Notes: generated by a model from the letters alone, not told the origin. Shown: positions 1 through 9,820, counted from the first letter of the stretch. The stretch: 64,000 nt of DNA from Candidatus Latescibacterota bacterium (GCA_963422735.1 OY730476.1:864001-928000); one strand, 5' to 3'. Numbers and translations are program-made.

Positions 1-2430
1 CAGCCACCGCAATCGCGAAGCTCAACTCAGCCGAATCGCCATCCACATCCGCCACTCGATATGTCAACGCATATCCTTCGGCATACAACACATCCGCCGA
101 CAGATCTCCCGAAATCGTCCGAGATGAAGAATCAAACGTCAGACCCGGAGGCAACCCCCCGACCAAGCTATACGTCAACGCCCCGTTACCTCCCGAAGCC
201 GAGGGCAACACCCAATCTTCTATCGACGCCCCCCCAGAAAAAGTGACTTGATTCGCCACAGTTCCCGCGAAGCGCGGGGGACCATCCACTTTCACAGAAA
301 AGCTCAACTCAGCCGAATCGCCATCGATATCCTCCACTCGGTACGTCAACGCATACGTCCCCGCTACACTCGGTGTGCCAAAAAGCGCACGCCCCCCTGC
401 GACTACGCGCAGACCTGGAATCTCCGGCGACAAGCTATACCTCAACTCACCATTGCCACCCGAAGCCAAGGGCAACGCAAAAACCCCTATCGACTCCCCT
501 TCAGCGAAGACTTGATCTCTAACGGGCTCATCAAAGCGCGGGGGACCATCCACGGTGACAGAAAAGCTCAACTCGTCGATATCGCCATCGGCATCCTCCA
601 CCCGGTACGTCAACTCATACGTCCCCGCTACACTCGGCGTACCAAAAAGCGCACGCCCCCCTGCGACTACGCGCAGACCTGGAATCTCCGGCGACAAGCT
701 ATACCTCAACTCGCCGTTGCCGCCGAAAGCCAAGGGCAATGAAAAAACCCCTATCGACTCCCCTTCAGCGAAGACTTGATCTCTAACGGGCTCATCAAAG
801 CGCGGGGGACCATCCACGGTGACAGAAAAGCTCAACTCGTCGATATCGCCATCGATATCCTCCACCCGGTACGTCAACTCATACGTCCCCGCTTCTGAGG
901 GTATGCCCGAAAGCTTAGGAGAATCCGTATCACAAGCCAGACCCGGCACTCCCGGCGACAAGCTATACGTTAATAGGCCGTTGCCTCCCGAAGCGATAGG
1001 CAATTCCAACGGATCAATCGCCTCGCCTTCCATGTATAGCTGGTCGGCCAGGGTCGCATCTCCGAAGCTGGGCGTACCATCTACTTTCACGGAAAAACTC
1101 AACTCGTCAATATCGCCGTCGACATCCGCTACTTGGTAGGTCAGTTCATACGTCGCAGCTACTGTCGGCGTACCCGAAAGCGTACGAGACGCGGCGTCGA
1201 AGATCAGACCCGGCACCTCCGGAGACAAGCTATACGTCAACTCGTCGTTGCCGCCGAAAGCCAAGGGCAATTCCAACGGATCAATCGCCTCGCTTTCTAT
1301 ATATACTTGATCGTCTACGGTCGCTCCCTCAAAGCTGGGCGTACCATCCACTTTCAGGAAAAAGCTCTGCTCAGCGGCATCACCGTCGGAGTCTTCTGCC
1401 CGGTAGGTCAACTCATACGTCGCAGCTACTGTCGGCGTACCCGAAAGCGTCTGAATCTCTGCATCAAACGTCAGACCTAGCACCTCCGGAGACAAGCTAT
1501 ACGTCAACTCGTCTGTAGACCAAGCCGCTGGCAACACCCAAGGCTCTATCTCCTCTCCTTCGGGAACGACTTGTAGACTCGCAACAGTCCCCGCGAAGGT
1601 CAGCTCTACAGAGATAGTAAAGGTCAATGTCTCCGCGTCGCTCTCAGCCATATTCGTATCGGAATCCTCTACCCGGTACGTCAGATCATATGTCCCTGCT
1701 ATTGTTGGCGTACCCGAAAGCGTACGAGACCCAGCATCGAAAGCCAAACCTGGCACCTCCGGAGACAAGCTATACGTCAGCGGGCCATCGCCGCTCGAAG
1801 CCACGGGCAATTCCAGAACTCCTATCGCCTCGCCTGTCCGGTACGACTGATCGGCAACTGTCGCACCGTCAAAGCTCGGCATCGTATCGACCTCTATCTT
1901 AAATGTCAAGGTGGCCGTATCGCCATCGGCATCCGTCACTTCGTAGGTCATCAAGAAAATGGCAATTTCCGAAGGCGTGCCCGAAAGCGTACGAGACCCA
2001 GCATCGAAAGCCAAACCCGGAGGCAAAGGCCTCAAATTATACGTCAAATCGCCGTTACCACCCGAGGCCGCAGGCAACTCTAAGGCTTCTATCGCCACCC
2101 CTGCCGAGTACATCTGATCGGCAACCGTCGCACCGTCAAAACTCGGCTCTACATCTTCCTCTTCCACTAAAATATTGAATGTCAAGGTGGCCGTATCGCC
2201 ATCGGCATCCGTCACTTCGTAAGTCATCAAGAAAATGGCAATTTCCGAAGGCGTGCCCGAAAGCGTACGAGACCCAGCATCGAAAGCCAAACCCGGAGGC
2301 AAAGGCCTCAAATTATACGTCAAATCGCCGGCACCACCCGAGGCCGCAGGCAACTCTAAGGCTTCTATCGCCACCCCTACCGAGTACATCTGATCGGCAA
2401 CCGTCGCACCATCAAGGTCCGGTGTATCCT
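1..2430. repeat. Intragenic tandem repeats of about 264-276 bp (about 9 Ig-like units)
   Basis: GCGCGGGGGACCATCCAC recurs at 264-bp spacing (about 273, 537, 801). Blocks starting at 1903 and 2179 are near-identical (276-bp period). Confidence 0.9.
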
Positions 2431-2539
2431 GCGCCTCAGCCACCGGGACCAACACCAAGGCGGCCGCCAGCAAGAACATACTTAGGCAAGACAGCGATCT
2501 ATCCCAAACAAATCTGTTACTAACTGCACACCCGCTCAT
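2..2539 (-). CDS. Large secreted protein with tandem putative Ig (He_PIG-like) repeats; runs off the left edge of the window
   Basis: Manual translation from ATG 2539 (GGAGG upstream): signal peptide (MFLLAAALVLVPVAEAQ), then repeats such as VADQMYSVGVAIEALELPAASGG..LTY.L.PLPPGLAFD...RTLSGTP...TYEVTDADGDTATLTF. It is absent from the ORF track, consistent with no stop before the edge. An alternative in-frame ATG lies at 2656. Confidence 0.85.
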   Translation of the reverse strand, partial: MSGCAVSNRFVWDRSLSCLSMFLLAAALVLVPVAEAQDTPDLDGATVADQMYSVGVAIEALELPAASGGAGDLTYNLRPLPPGLAFDAGSRTLSGTPSEIAIFLMTYEVTDADGDTATLTFNILVEEEDVEPSFDGATVADQMYSAGVAIEALELPAASGGNGDLTYNLRPLPPGLAFDAGSRTLSGTPSEIAIFLMTYEVTDADGDTATLTFKIEVDTMPSFDGATVADQSYRTGEAIGVLELPVASSGDGPLTYSLSPEVPGLAFDAGSRTLSGTPTIAGTYDLTYRVEDSDTNMAESDAETLTFTISVELTFAGTVASLQVVPEGEEIEPWVLPAAWSTDELTYSLSPEVLGLTFDAEIQTLSGTPTVAATYELTYRAEDSDGDAAEQSFFLKVDGTPSFEGATVDDQVYIESEAIDPLELPLAFGGNDELTYSLSPEVPGLIFDAASRTLSGTPTVAATYELTYQVADVDGDIDELSFSVKVDGTPSFGDATLADQLYMEGEAIDPLELPIASGGNGLLTYSLSPGVPGLACDTDSPKLSGIPSEAGTYELTYRVEDIDGDIDELSFSVTVDGPPRFDEPVRDQVFAEGESIGVFSLPLAFGGNGELRYSLSPEIPGLRVVAGGRALFGTPSVAGTYELTYRVEDADGDIDELSFSVTVDGPPRFDEPVRDQVFAEGESIGVFALPLASGGNGELRYSLSPEIPGLRVVAGGRALFGTPSVAGTYALTYRVEDIDGDSAELSFSVKVDGPPRFAGTVANQVTFSGGASIEDWVLPSASGGNGALTYSLVGGLPPGLTFDSSSRTISGDLSADVLYAEGYALTYRVADVDGDSAELSFAIAVA

Positions 2540-2825
2540 AACTGACCCTCCAAATAGAGATTTAAGTTTTAAGTAGCGCAACTTTGTGCGCGCTATAACG
2601 CCGCCGCCGCCTCGCCGCTCTAAGGCCGCAACCACCTCAATCACCACCGCGCTCATGAGTACTCCTCTCCCTTAGCGATCCTTAACAACAATAGCTTAAC
2701 TGAAGAGCATGTAGAGAAGCCTGAGATCATTTTACGTACTCAATACAAAATACGCATCTAATACCCAAGATGCAAGAGCATAGTTTCTAAACTCCATGGC
2801 CTATCAGCACCTAGCGACAAAAAGG

Positions 2826-3299
2826 TCAAGGCCGTGCAAAAAGAGGAATATCATGGCGCAACTCGGCTTCCAACTTGCAGTGGCAAGATGGGCAAACCGA
2901 AATCAGATGTTCCAGCTTATTGGCTCCCACATTGGAAGAGAAACTGCGATAGGGAATTTTGTGATGTACGTCGAGCTGGCGCCCCAGTTCTTCTTCGCTG
3001 ATCCCGCATATCTGGCAGATGAAGCCGTCGCGCGTCCGCGCCTTTAGCGCTTGAAGCACCCAATTGGCACCCCGCCGCTTGGAAATCGCCCCCAAGCAAA
3101 CCTCTAATGAGGGCATGGCCTCTGTCCAAGCCCGCCGGCAGGACGCATCACAAAAATGCAGTTGCGCTTGGCCCGCATACCAAGCCGGCACCTCAATCTC
3201 TAGCCGACAATATGCACAATGCGTAGCGATCCGCTCATTTTCGCCAGCAGGGCACCGATCGCCAAAATCAAACCCCATCTGATCACTAGAAGAAGACAT
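2826..3299 (-). CDS. HNH endonuclease with N-terminal zinc ribbon
   Basis: CAYC...FCDASC, then RDGFICQICG...LDVHHKIP...N..EHLISVCPSCH. Confidence 0.8.
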   Translation of the reverse strand: MSSSSDQMGFDFGDRCPAGENERIATHCAYCRLEIEVPAWYAGQAQLHFCDASCRRAWTEAMPSLEVCLGAISKRRGANWVLQALKARTRDGFICQICGISEEELGRQLDVHHKIPYRSFSSNVGANKLEHLISVCPSCHCKLEAELRHDIPLFARP

Positions 3300-3495
3300 G
3301 ATAAACCGCAGGGCTAATTTTATACGGGATTATGGTCTGGTCTGGTCTCATCACTCACCTCTTTTACTGGTCTTATCCCGACTTTTTGAACGAGGCACAT
3401 AATGAAAGTCGAGCTAAAGAGACCTCAGAAACCCCGCCTTGCCCCCTCTCCCCACTTCCTATATATTTAGCAGCTTTAATTAAAGGAGCGCAAAA

Positions 3496-3750
3496 TTGCC
3501 CAAACTTAAAGCTGCCAAAAAGCACCAAGCCACTAGTGCCAAAGCCTATGTGCGCAACCGTGCGCTTCGCTCGCGAATGCGCACGGCCCTTAAAAGAGTC
3601 CGTCAAGCTCCGGATAAAGCCTCGGCCGAAACCGCTCTGCAAGCGGCGATCTCGATTGTCGACCGGACTACCAGCAAAGGCATTATCCACAAAAATGCCG
3701 CCGCCCGCTACAAGTCGCGATTGAGCCATCTCGTGCAGGAGATGGCCTAG
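3496..3750 (+). CDS. rpsT: 30S ribosomal protein S20
   Basis: RNRALRSRMRTALKRV...KGIIHKNAAARYKSRL; TTG start after AAGGAG. Confidence 0.95.
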   Translation: MPKLKAAKKHQATSAKAYVRNRALRSRMRTALKRVRQAPDKASAETALQAAISIVDRTTSKGIIHKNAAARYKSRLSHLVQEMA

Positions 3751-3759
3751 TATTTGACC

Positions 3760-4677
3760 TCATTCAAAGGCACGAGTGCTCAAATAGCGCAATCCACTGT
3801 CGCAGAGGATCGTCGCGACTCGAGCACTCGCCCCCAACTCGCGAGCAACTTGGGCGGCGATATAGGCATTGGCTCCGGCTGAAATCCCCACCAAAAGCCC
3901 TTCCTCTCGCGCCAAGCGGCGGGCCATTTCATAAGCGTCGTCGTCGGTAATGACCCGCACCTCGTCCACAACCTCGAGGTTAAGGATCGACGGCACAAAA
4001 CCCGCGCCGATGCCCTCTATATAACTAAACCCAGCTCCCCCCCCTGAAAGCACGGGCGACCCGGCAGGTTCGACGGCGATCACCCGCACTGTGGACAAAG
4101 CTTCCTTGAGCACCTCGCCGACTCCGGTCAACGACCCCCCAGTACCTACACCAGCCACAAAGGCATCGACTCGGCCCTCTAGCTGTTCTAAAATCTCGCG
4201 GCCGGTCGTACGGCGGTGTATCTCAGGGTTAGCTGCGTTCATAAACTGCTGTGGCAAGAAGTAATCTGGATGCTCGCGCTTGAGTTCAAGCGCTTTATCG
4301 ATAGCACCCCGCATGCCCTCGGCCGCTGGCGTCAGTACGACCTCGGCACCGTAAGCCTGCATCTGTAAGCGGCGCTCACGGCTGGCCGTATCGAACATGG
4401 CGACGATGAGCTTGTAGCCTTTGTAGGCAGCCACCATGGCCAAGCCAATACCGGTATTGCCGCTAGTCGGCTCAATGATCGTACCGCCCTCGGACAGCAG
4501 ACCCTCATCTTCTGCGGCTTCGATCATCGCTAGAGCGATGCGGTCCTTGACACTGCCACCGGGATTGGTTGCCTCCAACTTGCCCCACACCTCGGCGGCA
4601 TCCTCTCCGACGACTCGACTGAGGCGGACCATAGGCGTAGCCCCGATTAACTCCAGCACATTGTGGGCACGTTTCAT
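3760..4677 (-). CDS. cysK: Cysteine synthase A
   Basis: NPGGSVKDRIA (PLP Lys), EPTSGNTGIGLA, GVGTGG, IEGIGAGFVP. Confidence 0.9.
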   Translation of the reverse strand: MKRAHNVLELIGATPMVRLSRVVGEDAAEVWGKLEATNPGGSVKDRIALAMIEAAEDEGLLSEGGTIIEPTSGNTGIGLAMVAAYKGYKLIVAMFDTASRERRLQMQAYGAEVVLTPAAEGMRGAIDKALELKREHPDYFLPQQFMNAANPEIHRRTTGREILEQLEGRVDAFVAGVGTGGSLTGVGEVLKEALSTVRVIAVEPAGSPVLSGGGAGFSYIEGIGAGFVPSILNLEVVDEVRVITDDDAYEMARRLAREEGLLVGISAGANAYIAAQVARELGASARVATILCDSGLRYLSTRAFE

Positions 4678-4692
4678 CCTGTACGGTAGTCC

Positions 4693-4971
4693 TCAACTGC
4701 CACCGGCAATGGCCGGAACGATAGAGACGCTGTCGCCGTCGTTGAGAGGTGTGTCCTTGCCGTCGAGGAAGCGGATATCCTCGTCGTTGACGAAGATATT
4801 GACGTAGCGGCGGATCTCGCCTCCATCGTCGAGCAGTTTCTCGGCCAAGCCCTCGTAGGCGCCTTCGAGCCCATCTACCAACTGACTAATAGTCTCCGCC
4901 TCCAGCGCGACCTCGGCCTGATTGTGGGTCAATTTCCTCAACGGCGTGGGAATGTGAACAGTAATCGGCAT
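4693..4971 (-). CDS. MoaD/ThiS-family sulfur carrier protein (CysO-like)
   Basis: IPTPLRK...RRYVNIFVNDEDIRFL...VSIVPAIAGGS; RBS GGAGGA before ATG 4971. Confidence 0.9.
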   Translation of the reverse strand: MPITVHIPTPLRKLTHNQAEVALEAETISQLVDGLEGAYEGLAEKLLDDGGEIRRYVNIFVNDEDIRFLDGKDTPLNDGDSVSIVPAIAGGS

Positions 4972-5053
4972 TTCATCCTCCATTTTGGTTAATGTAGTTA
5001 AATATTTGCTGCCCTGCCGCCCGTATTTTATCGATTTTTAGGAAGAGGCTTTA

Positions 5054-5548
5054 CTAAACTATTTCAACACCCGTTTCGGCGTAGCGGTTGCCGTCCCAAG
5101 CAAAACATTTGTAGCCTTGCACTTTCCGCTGGCTGCCTATCTTCTCGCCGCATACTGAGAGCACCAGATAAATCGCGTCCGGATCGTCCGGATAGTCGCC
5201 CGCCTCTCGGGTGTTGAATATCCAAGTACGCCTCTCGTCTTCGTCCGAGAAATAGGCCGTGCAATCAATGTGAGAATGGTAGCAACCCGAGACCCGGCCA
5301 CCGGCCTTCTCAGCCGCCTCCGAGATGCTTAACTGCTCGCTTGCGTCAATCAGATAGGCCGTGCTTGCATCGCGAGGATAGTGCTGGGGATCTTCTTCGT
5401 GCCTCTGCTGCTGTACATTAGTACAGGCATGGGCATCGGACACCCCGCCCGGCACCTTCTCGATCAACAGACCGCAACACTCGTGTGGGTACTCGGCCAA
5501 GGCTTGGGCGCAAATTCGTTCAAAGTCCCTGCGGGCGATGCGCAGCAT
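5054..5548 (-). CDS. JAB/JAMM (Mov34/MPN) metallopeptidase, Mec-like
   Basis: YPHECCGLL...YHSH....AYFSDED JAMM motif; adjacent to the sulfur carrier gene. Confidence 0.88.
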   Translation of the reverse strand: MLRIARRDFERICAQALAEYPHECCGLLIEKVPGGVSDAHACTNVQQQRHEEDPQHYPRDASTAYLIDASEQLSISEAAEKAGGRVSGCYHSHIDCTAYFSDEDERRTWIFNTREAGDYPDDPDAIYLVLSVCGEKIGSQRKVQGYKCFAWDGNRYAETGVEIV

Positions 5549-5567
5549 TCAGCCATCCTTTCGCTTA

Positions 5568-5708
5568 GAGGCTGTTGAGTTAAAACGAATATCGGGGAAA
5601 TTGAGCAATTTTGCGGAGTTTCAGCCCTCGGAAGACCTCCAAAATGGGGCTTATACGGCTGAAAACCAACCCTTCTCCGTAGATTATTCCGAATAACTCA
5701 ACAGCTTC
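5568..5708. mobile_element. 141-bp MITE-like non-autonomous element with 15-bp terminal inverted repeats and TA target duplication
   Basis: GAGGCTGTTGAGTTA (5568-5582) and TAACTCAACAGCTTC (5694-5708) are inverted with 1 mismatch; TA flanks both sides (5566-67, 5709-10); no ORF in the track. Confidence 0.75.
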
Positions 5709-6625
5709 TAGTTGATGCCATCAAGAGCCAGCCGCCACATGGGCGTACTCATGTACTTGTCGCCGCCATCGCAAAATATCGTCACCACCACCCCCGTGTA
5801 TAGCTGACGAGCAACTTCCAGCGCGGCCCAATAGGCCCCGCCCGCAGACTGGCCAACAAGAATCCCCTGTTCGACCGGTAGACGCAGTGCTGTATCGTAA
5901 GCATCATCGGTATCTATCGGTATTTTGTGGTCGAGGAGGGTCTCGTCGTAGATGCCCGGGACAATTGAACTCTCCATGTGCTTAAGGCCCTCAATGCCGT
6001 GAAACGGCTCGGCCGGCTCAGCGGCAATGATCTGGATGGTCGGATTGAGCTCCCTAAGACCTCGGCCGGTGCCCATCAGCGTACCGCTAGTTCCGATGGT
6101 GGCGACAAAATGAGTGACACGGCCCTGGGTCTGCTCCCAGATTTCGGGCGCAGTAGTGTCGCGATGGGCATGCCAATTCGCGGGATTGTTGTATTGGTCG
6201 GGCTTGAAGTAGCGATAGGGATCGGCTTCGTATATCTGCCGCGCTTTCCGTATGGCTCCATCGGAAAGATCCCCTGGGTCGGTGTACACCACTTCGGCAC
6301 CATAGGCGGCAAGGATGGCCTTGCGCTCGCGGCTGACATTAGCCGGCATGGCCAATTTTACCCGATAGCCCTTAGCCGCACCGATCATCGCGTAGGCAAT
6401 GCCGGTATTTCCAGAAGTGGAATCCAAAATGACCTTGCCCGGCCTTAGTGAGCCGTTCTGCTCGCCGTCCTCGATCATCCTCCGCGCCGGCCGGTCTTTG
6501 ACCGACCCCCCGGGGTTGAAGAACTCCAGCTTAGCATAGACTTCCACCCGCGGCGGAATCTCCGGATCTCTCAGCCGCAAAAGCGGCGTATCGCCAATCT
6601 GTTCGACGACTGATAGGCCAGCCAC
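5708..6625 (-). CDS. cysM: Cysteine synthase B-like / CysO-dependent PLP enzyme
   Basis: FNPGGSVKDRPA, DSTSGNTGIAYA, IGTSGT, HGIEGLKHM; GTG start at 6625 after AAGGGGAG. Confidence 0.8.
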   Translation of the reverse strand: MAGLSVVEQIGDTPLLRLRDPEIPPRVEVYAKLEFFNPGGSVKDRPARRMIEDGEQNGSLRPGKVILDSTSGNTGIAYAMIGAAKGYRVKLAMPANVSRERKAILAAYGAEVVYTDPGDLSDGAIRKARQIYEADPYRYFKPDQYNNPANWHAHRDTTAPEIWEQTQGRVTHFVATIGTSGTLMGTGRGLRELNPTIQIIAAEPAEPFHGIEGLKHMESSIVPGIYDETLLDHKIPIDTDDAYDTALRLPVEQGILVGQSAGGAYWAALEVARQLYTGVVVTIFCDGGDKYMSTPMWRLALDGIN

Positions 6626-6764
6626 AAAAATCTCCCCTTCACGATTAAAAGAACCAAAAACCACCATGTCAACCAACCCCGCCCCTTTCTTGACACCCTC
6701 CAAGCTACCTTCTACCTTATCTTTTTCCCACCTGCGATCCAACCTTACTGTTTAGGTGTAACTT

Positions 6765-8549
6765 ATGGAAGAACCGAGCGAAGGCTTGGGCCACTGGGAG
6801 CGCACGCACGACTGCGGCACTCTCACAGATAAAGACATCGGTCAGCGCGTCCTGCTGATGGGCTGGGTCTGGCGCCGCCGCGACCACGGCGGCGTTATTT
6901 TTATAGACCTCCGCGACCGCTACGGCATTACCCAAATCGTCTTCAACCCACAGCGCGACCCCATCTCCTATCAACAGGCCGACCGCTTGCGTAGCGAGTA
7001 CGTCATCGCCGTACAAGGCGAAGTCGAGGCCCGCCCCGAAGGCATGATCAACCCCCAGTTGCCCACCGGGACCATTGAGGTCAACTGCGATCAGCTACGT
7101 GTCCTCAACCGCTGTCTGACCCCGCCTTTTCTCATCGAAGACCAAACCGATGCCGGCGAGGAAATCCGTCTCAAGTATCGCTACTTGGACCTTCGGCGAC
7201 CCCGTATTCAAGGCAATTTGCTACTCAGGCACCGGGGTTACCAGATCGTGCGTCGCCTGCTCGACGAGCGCAGCTTTATCGAAGTTGAAACACCGTTTCT
7301 GACCAAGAGCACTCCCGAAGGGGCCCGAGACTACCTCGTCCCCAGCCGAGTCCATCCCGGGCAGTTTTTCGCCCTGCCCCAATCGCCTCAAACTTACAAA
7401 CAGCTCTTGATGATCGCGGGCTATGACCGCTACTTCCAGATCGTTAAGTGCTTCCGCGACGAGGATTTGCGCGCCGACCGCCAGCCCGAATTCACTCAAA
7501 TCGACATCGAGATGGCCTTCGTGCGCGAGGATCACGTCATGGCCATTGCCGAGGATCTAACCCGCGCCCTCTTCGCTCAGCTACGCCAAATCGAGTTACC
7601 CAATCCCTTTCCACGACTCACTTATCGCGAAGCCATAGAGCGCTTCGGATCCGACAAACCCGACCTGCGCTTTGGCTTAGAACTTAAAGATGTAGCGGCA
7701 GCAGGGCGCACTTCTCAATTCCAAGTCTTTCATTCCGCTCTCGAGAGTGGTGGTCAGGTCAAAGGCTTAAATGTCAAAGGCTGCAGTGGGTTCTCGCGCG
7801 GACAAATCGACGATTTAATTGCCTTCGCCCAAGGGCTGGGTGCCAAGGGACTCAGTTGGATCAAACACACCGACGCTGGCCTCGAATCCTCCATCGTCAA
7901 ATTCTTCCCCCAAGCGGCTCAAACCCTGTTGATCGAGGCCCTCGAATCCGCTCCTGGCGACCTACTGCTCTTTGTCGCCGATCAGCCCAAGCTGGTTGCC
8001 CGGGTACTCGGAGCACTGCGTTTGGAGCTCGCCCAGCGCCTCTCACTAGTGTCCGATGATTCTTGGCAGCCCCTCTGGGTCAGCCAGTTCCCACTTCTAG
8101 AGCGCGACGAGGAAGTCGGCCGTTTTACAGCCGTGCATCATCCCTTCACAGCCCCCCTAGAAGAGGACCTCTCCCTGCTGGATAGCACTCCCGCCGACGC
8201 TAGGGCGCGGGCCTATGACTTGGTCCTCAATGGCAATGAGATTGCCGGGGGCAGTATGCGAATTTTCCAGCGCTCAGTACAATCCCGCCTTTTTCAACTC
8301 TTAGAAATCAGCACCGAAGAAGCCGCGGCCAAATTCGGTTTCCTCCTCGAAGCCCTCGATTACGGGGCCCCACCACACGGCGGGATTGCCTTTGGCTTTG
8401 ACCGGCTGATTGCCCTGCTCACCAACGCAGATTCAATCCGAGAAGTCATCGCTTTCCCCAAGACCAATAAGGCAGTAGGCTTGATGGAAAACGCCCCTTC
8501 TTCCGTCGATTTGGGCCAGTTGCACGAATTGGGGATTCGGCCTGCCTGA
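6765..8549 (+). CDS. aspS: Aspartate--tRNA ligase
   Basis: RRRDHGGVIFIDLRDRYG, STPEGARDYLVPSR, FRDEDLRADRQPEFTQID, GAPPHGGIAFGFDR. Confidence 0.97.
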   Translation: MEEPSEGLGHWERTHDCGTLTDKDIGQRVLLMGWVWRRRDHGGVIFIDLRDRYGITQIVFNPQRDPISYQQADRLRSEYVIAVQGEVEARPEGMINPQLPTGTIEVNCDQLRVLNRCLTPPFLIEDQTDAGEEIRLKYRYLDLRRPRIQGNLLLRHRGYQIVRRLLDERSFIEVETPFLTKSTPEGARDYLVPSRVHPGQFFALPQSPQTYKQLLMIAGYDRYFQIVKCFRDEDLRADRQPEFTQIDIEMAFVREDHVMAIAEDLTRALFAQLRQIELPNPFPRLTYREAIERFGSDKPDLRFGLELKDVAAAGRTSQFQVFHSALESGGQVKGLNVKGCSGFSRGQIDDLIAFAQGLGAKGLSWIKHTDAGLESSIVKFFPQAAQTLLIEALESAPGDLLLFVADQPKLVARVLGALRLELAQRLSLVSDDSWQPLWVSQFPLLERDEEVGRFTAVHHPFTAPLEEDLSLLDSTPADARARAYDLVLNGNEIAGGSMRIFQRSVQSRLFQLLEISTEEAAAKFGFLLEALDYGAPPHGGIAFGFDRLIALLTNADSIREVIAFPKTNKAVGLMENAPSSVDLGQLHELGIRPA

Positions 8550-8585
8550 AAACTTATAGGCAGGGTAGATTTTCACTTGTTCTGC

Positions 8586-8613
8586 TTGACATCCACTATA
8601 GGTCGCCTATATT
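8586..8613 (+). promoter_or_regulatory. Candidate sigma70 promoter
   Basis: TTGACA-N16-TATATT upstream of the gene at 8691. Confidence 0.5.
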
Positions 8614-8690
8614 TGTGCCAATATCCCGTATATTCTATATATTCTAACGATCACTGTTTGATCCTTAAGCCTAGGTGGAGGAATTATTTA

Positions 8691-8975
8691 ATGAGCGGTC
8701 TTTCCACTTTTTCCAATTTGAGATACTTAGGCGTCGCCTTGTCGGTAGTGGCTTTGTCTCTCGTCGCTAGCTGTTCGCGCGTTCCGTCGCAGGAGGACAT
8801 GGAATACCTAGAACAACAGCGGCAAGCCACTCTGGCCGCCGAAGTAAAAGTAACCGAGCTACAGGCCGAAAAAGCACAGCTCGAGCGCGAACTCGCCGAG
8901 CGGCAAGTCACCAAAAAAGCACTTGAAGACAAATTAGCCGCTACTAAAAACAACCTCGCCAACCAAGCTAAATGA
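8691..8975 (+). CDS. Small coiled-coil lipoprotein
   Basis: RBS GGAGG; signal peptide ending LVASC; heptad-rich tail. Confidence 0.7.
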   Translation: MSGLSTFSNLRYLGVALSVVALSLVASCSRVPSQEDMEYLEQQRQATLAAEVKVTELQAEKAQLERELAERQVTKKALEDKLAATKNNLANQAK

Positions 8976-9820
8976 GAAAGGGTTCGACCATGAAGAAGTT
9001 GTCCGTTGGTGGGTTGGCCTTAGCACTGCTAGTCCTAGCGAGCGAAAACACTGCTGCTCAAGAGCAGAAGATGACCTGTGAGGAGTACATGGCTCTGGGG
9101 AACGAGCTCGTCAACCGTGAGGCCGCGGCCAACACCCAAATCGAAGAGCTAAACGCCCAGATTGAAGCACTTAATATGCAGATTGCCCAGCTCGACCGGG
9201 CCAACGTTGACCTCAATGCTCAGATCCTCGCGGCAGTAGGCGATTCCGAATCCGAAATCGCGGCCTTTGGGCGCGAGCTCGACGCTATTATCGCCCAGAT
9301 CGAAGGCCTGATGGTACTAGCTCCAGAAGTACTCATTATGCGGCGCGGTGAAGTCACGACCATCGACTCCCGAGTCGCCGAGCTCAAGCGGAGCAATATG
9401 GCCGCCCTGCCCGAAATGGTGGACAAGCTATCTACCATTGGCCAGATGCTCGCCGAGCTCAAAGCGCGCATAGCTCAACCCGTGGTCATTGACTACAAAG
9501 TCGTGCGGGGCGACAACATGTGGAACATCTCTAAAAAAGAACAAATCTACGACGATCCCTATATGTGGCCCCGCATCTACCGGAAGAACAAGGATCAAAT
9601 CAAAGACCCGGATTTAATCTACCCCAACCAAGTCTTGGCCGTGCCGTTCGGGGTAGCCGAAAATCAGTACTTGGTCACCCGAGGCGACTTCCTCTTCAAA
9701 ATTGCCGCCGAGCTTTACAACAATGCCGGCAAATGGCATAAAATCTACGAGGCCAACAAGCAGCAAATCGTCGCGCCAGATTTGATTTTTCCTGCTCAAG
9801 TCCTCGAAATTCCCCAGTAA
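8972..9820 (+). CDS. Secreted coiled-coil protein with two LysM domains
   Basis: YKVVRGDNMWNIS...WPRIY..N...IKDPDLIYPNQ and YLVTRGDFLFKIA...DLIFPAQVLEIP. Confidence 0.88.
   Translation: MRKGSTMKKLSVGGLALALLVLASENTAAQEQKMTCEEYMALGNELVNREAAANTQIEELNAQIEALNMQIAQLDRANVDLNAQILAAVGDSESEIAAFGRELDAIIAQIEGLMVLAPEVLIMRRGEVTTIDSRVAELKRSNMAALPEMVDKLSTIGQMLAELKARIAQPVVIDYKVVRGDNMWNISKKEQIYDDPYMWPRIYRKNKDQIKDPDLIYPNQVLAVPFGVAENQYLVTRGDFLFKIAAELYNNAGKWHKIYEANKQQIVAPDLIFPAQVLEIPQ

Noticed and set aside
61-2523. Plus-strand ORFs with repeated peptides
   Set aside because: Antisense shadows of the minus-strand Ig-repeat gene.
2599-2611. Short GCC run as a phase-variation tract
   Set aside because: Only about 4 units and in-frame; expected in GC-rich DNA.
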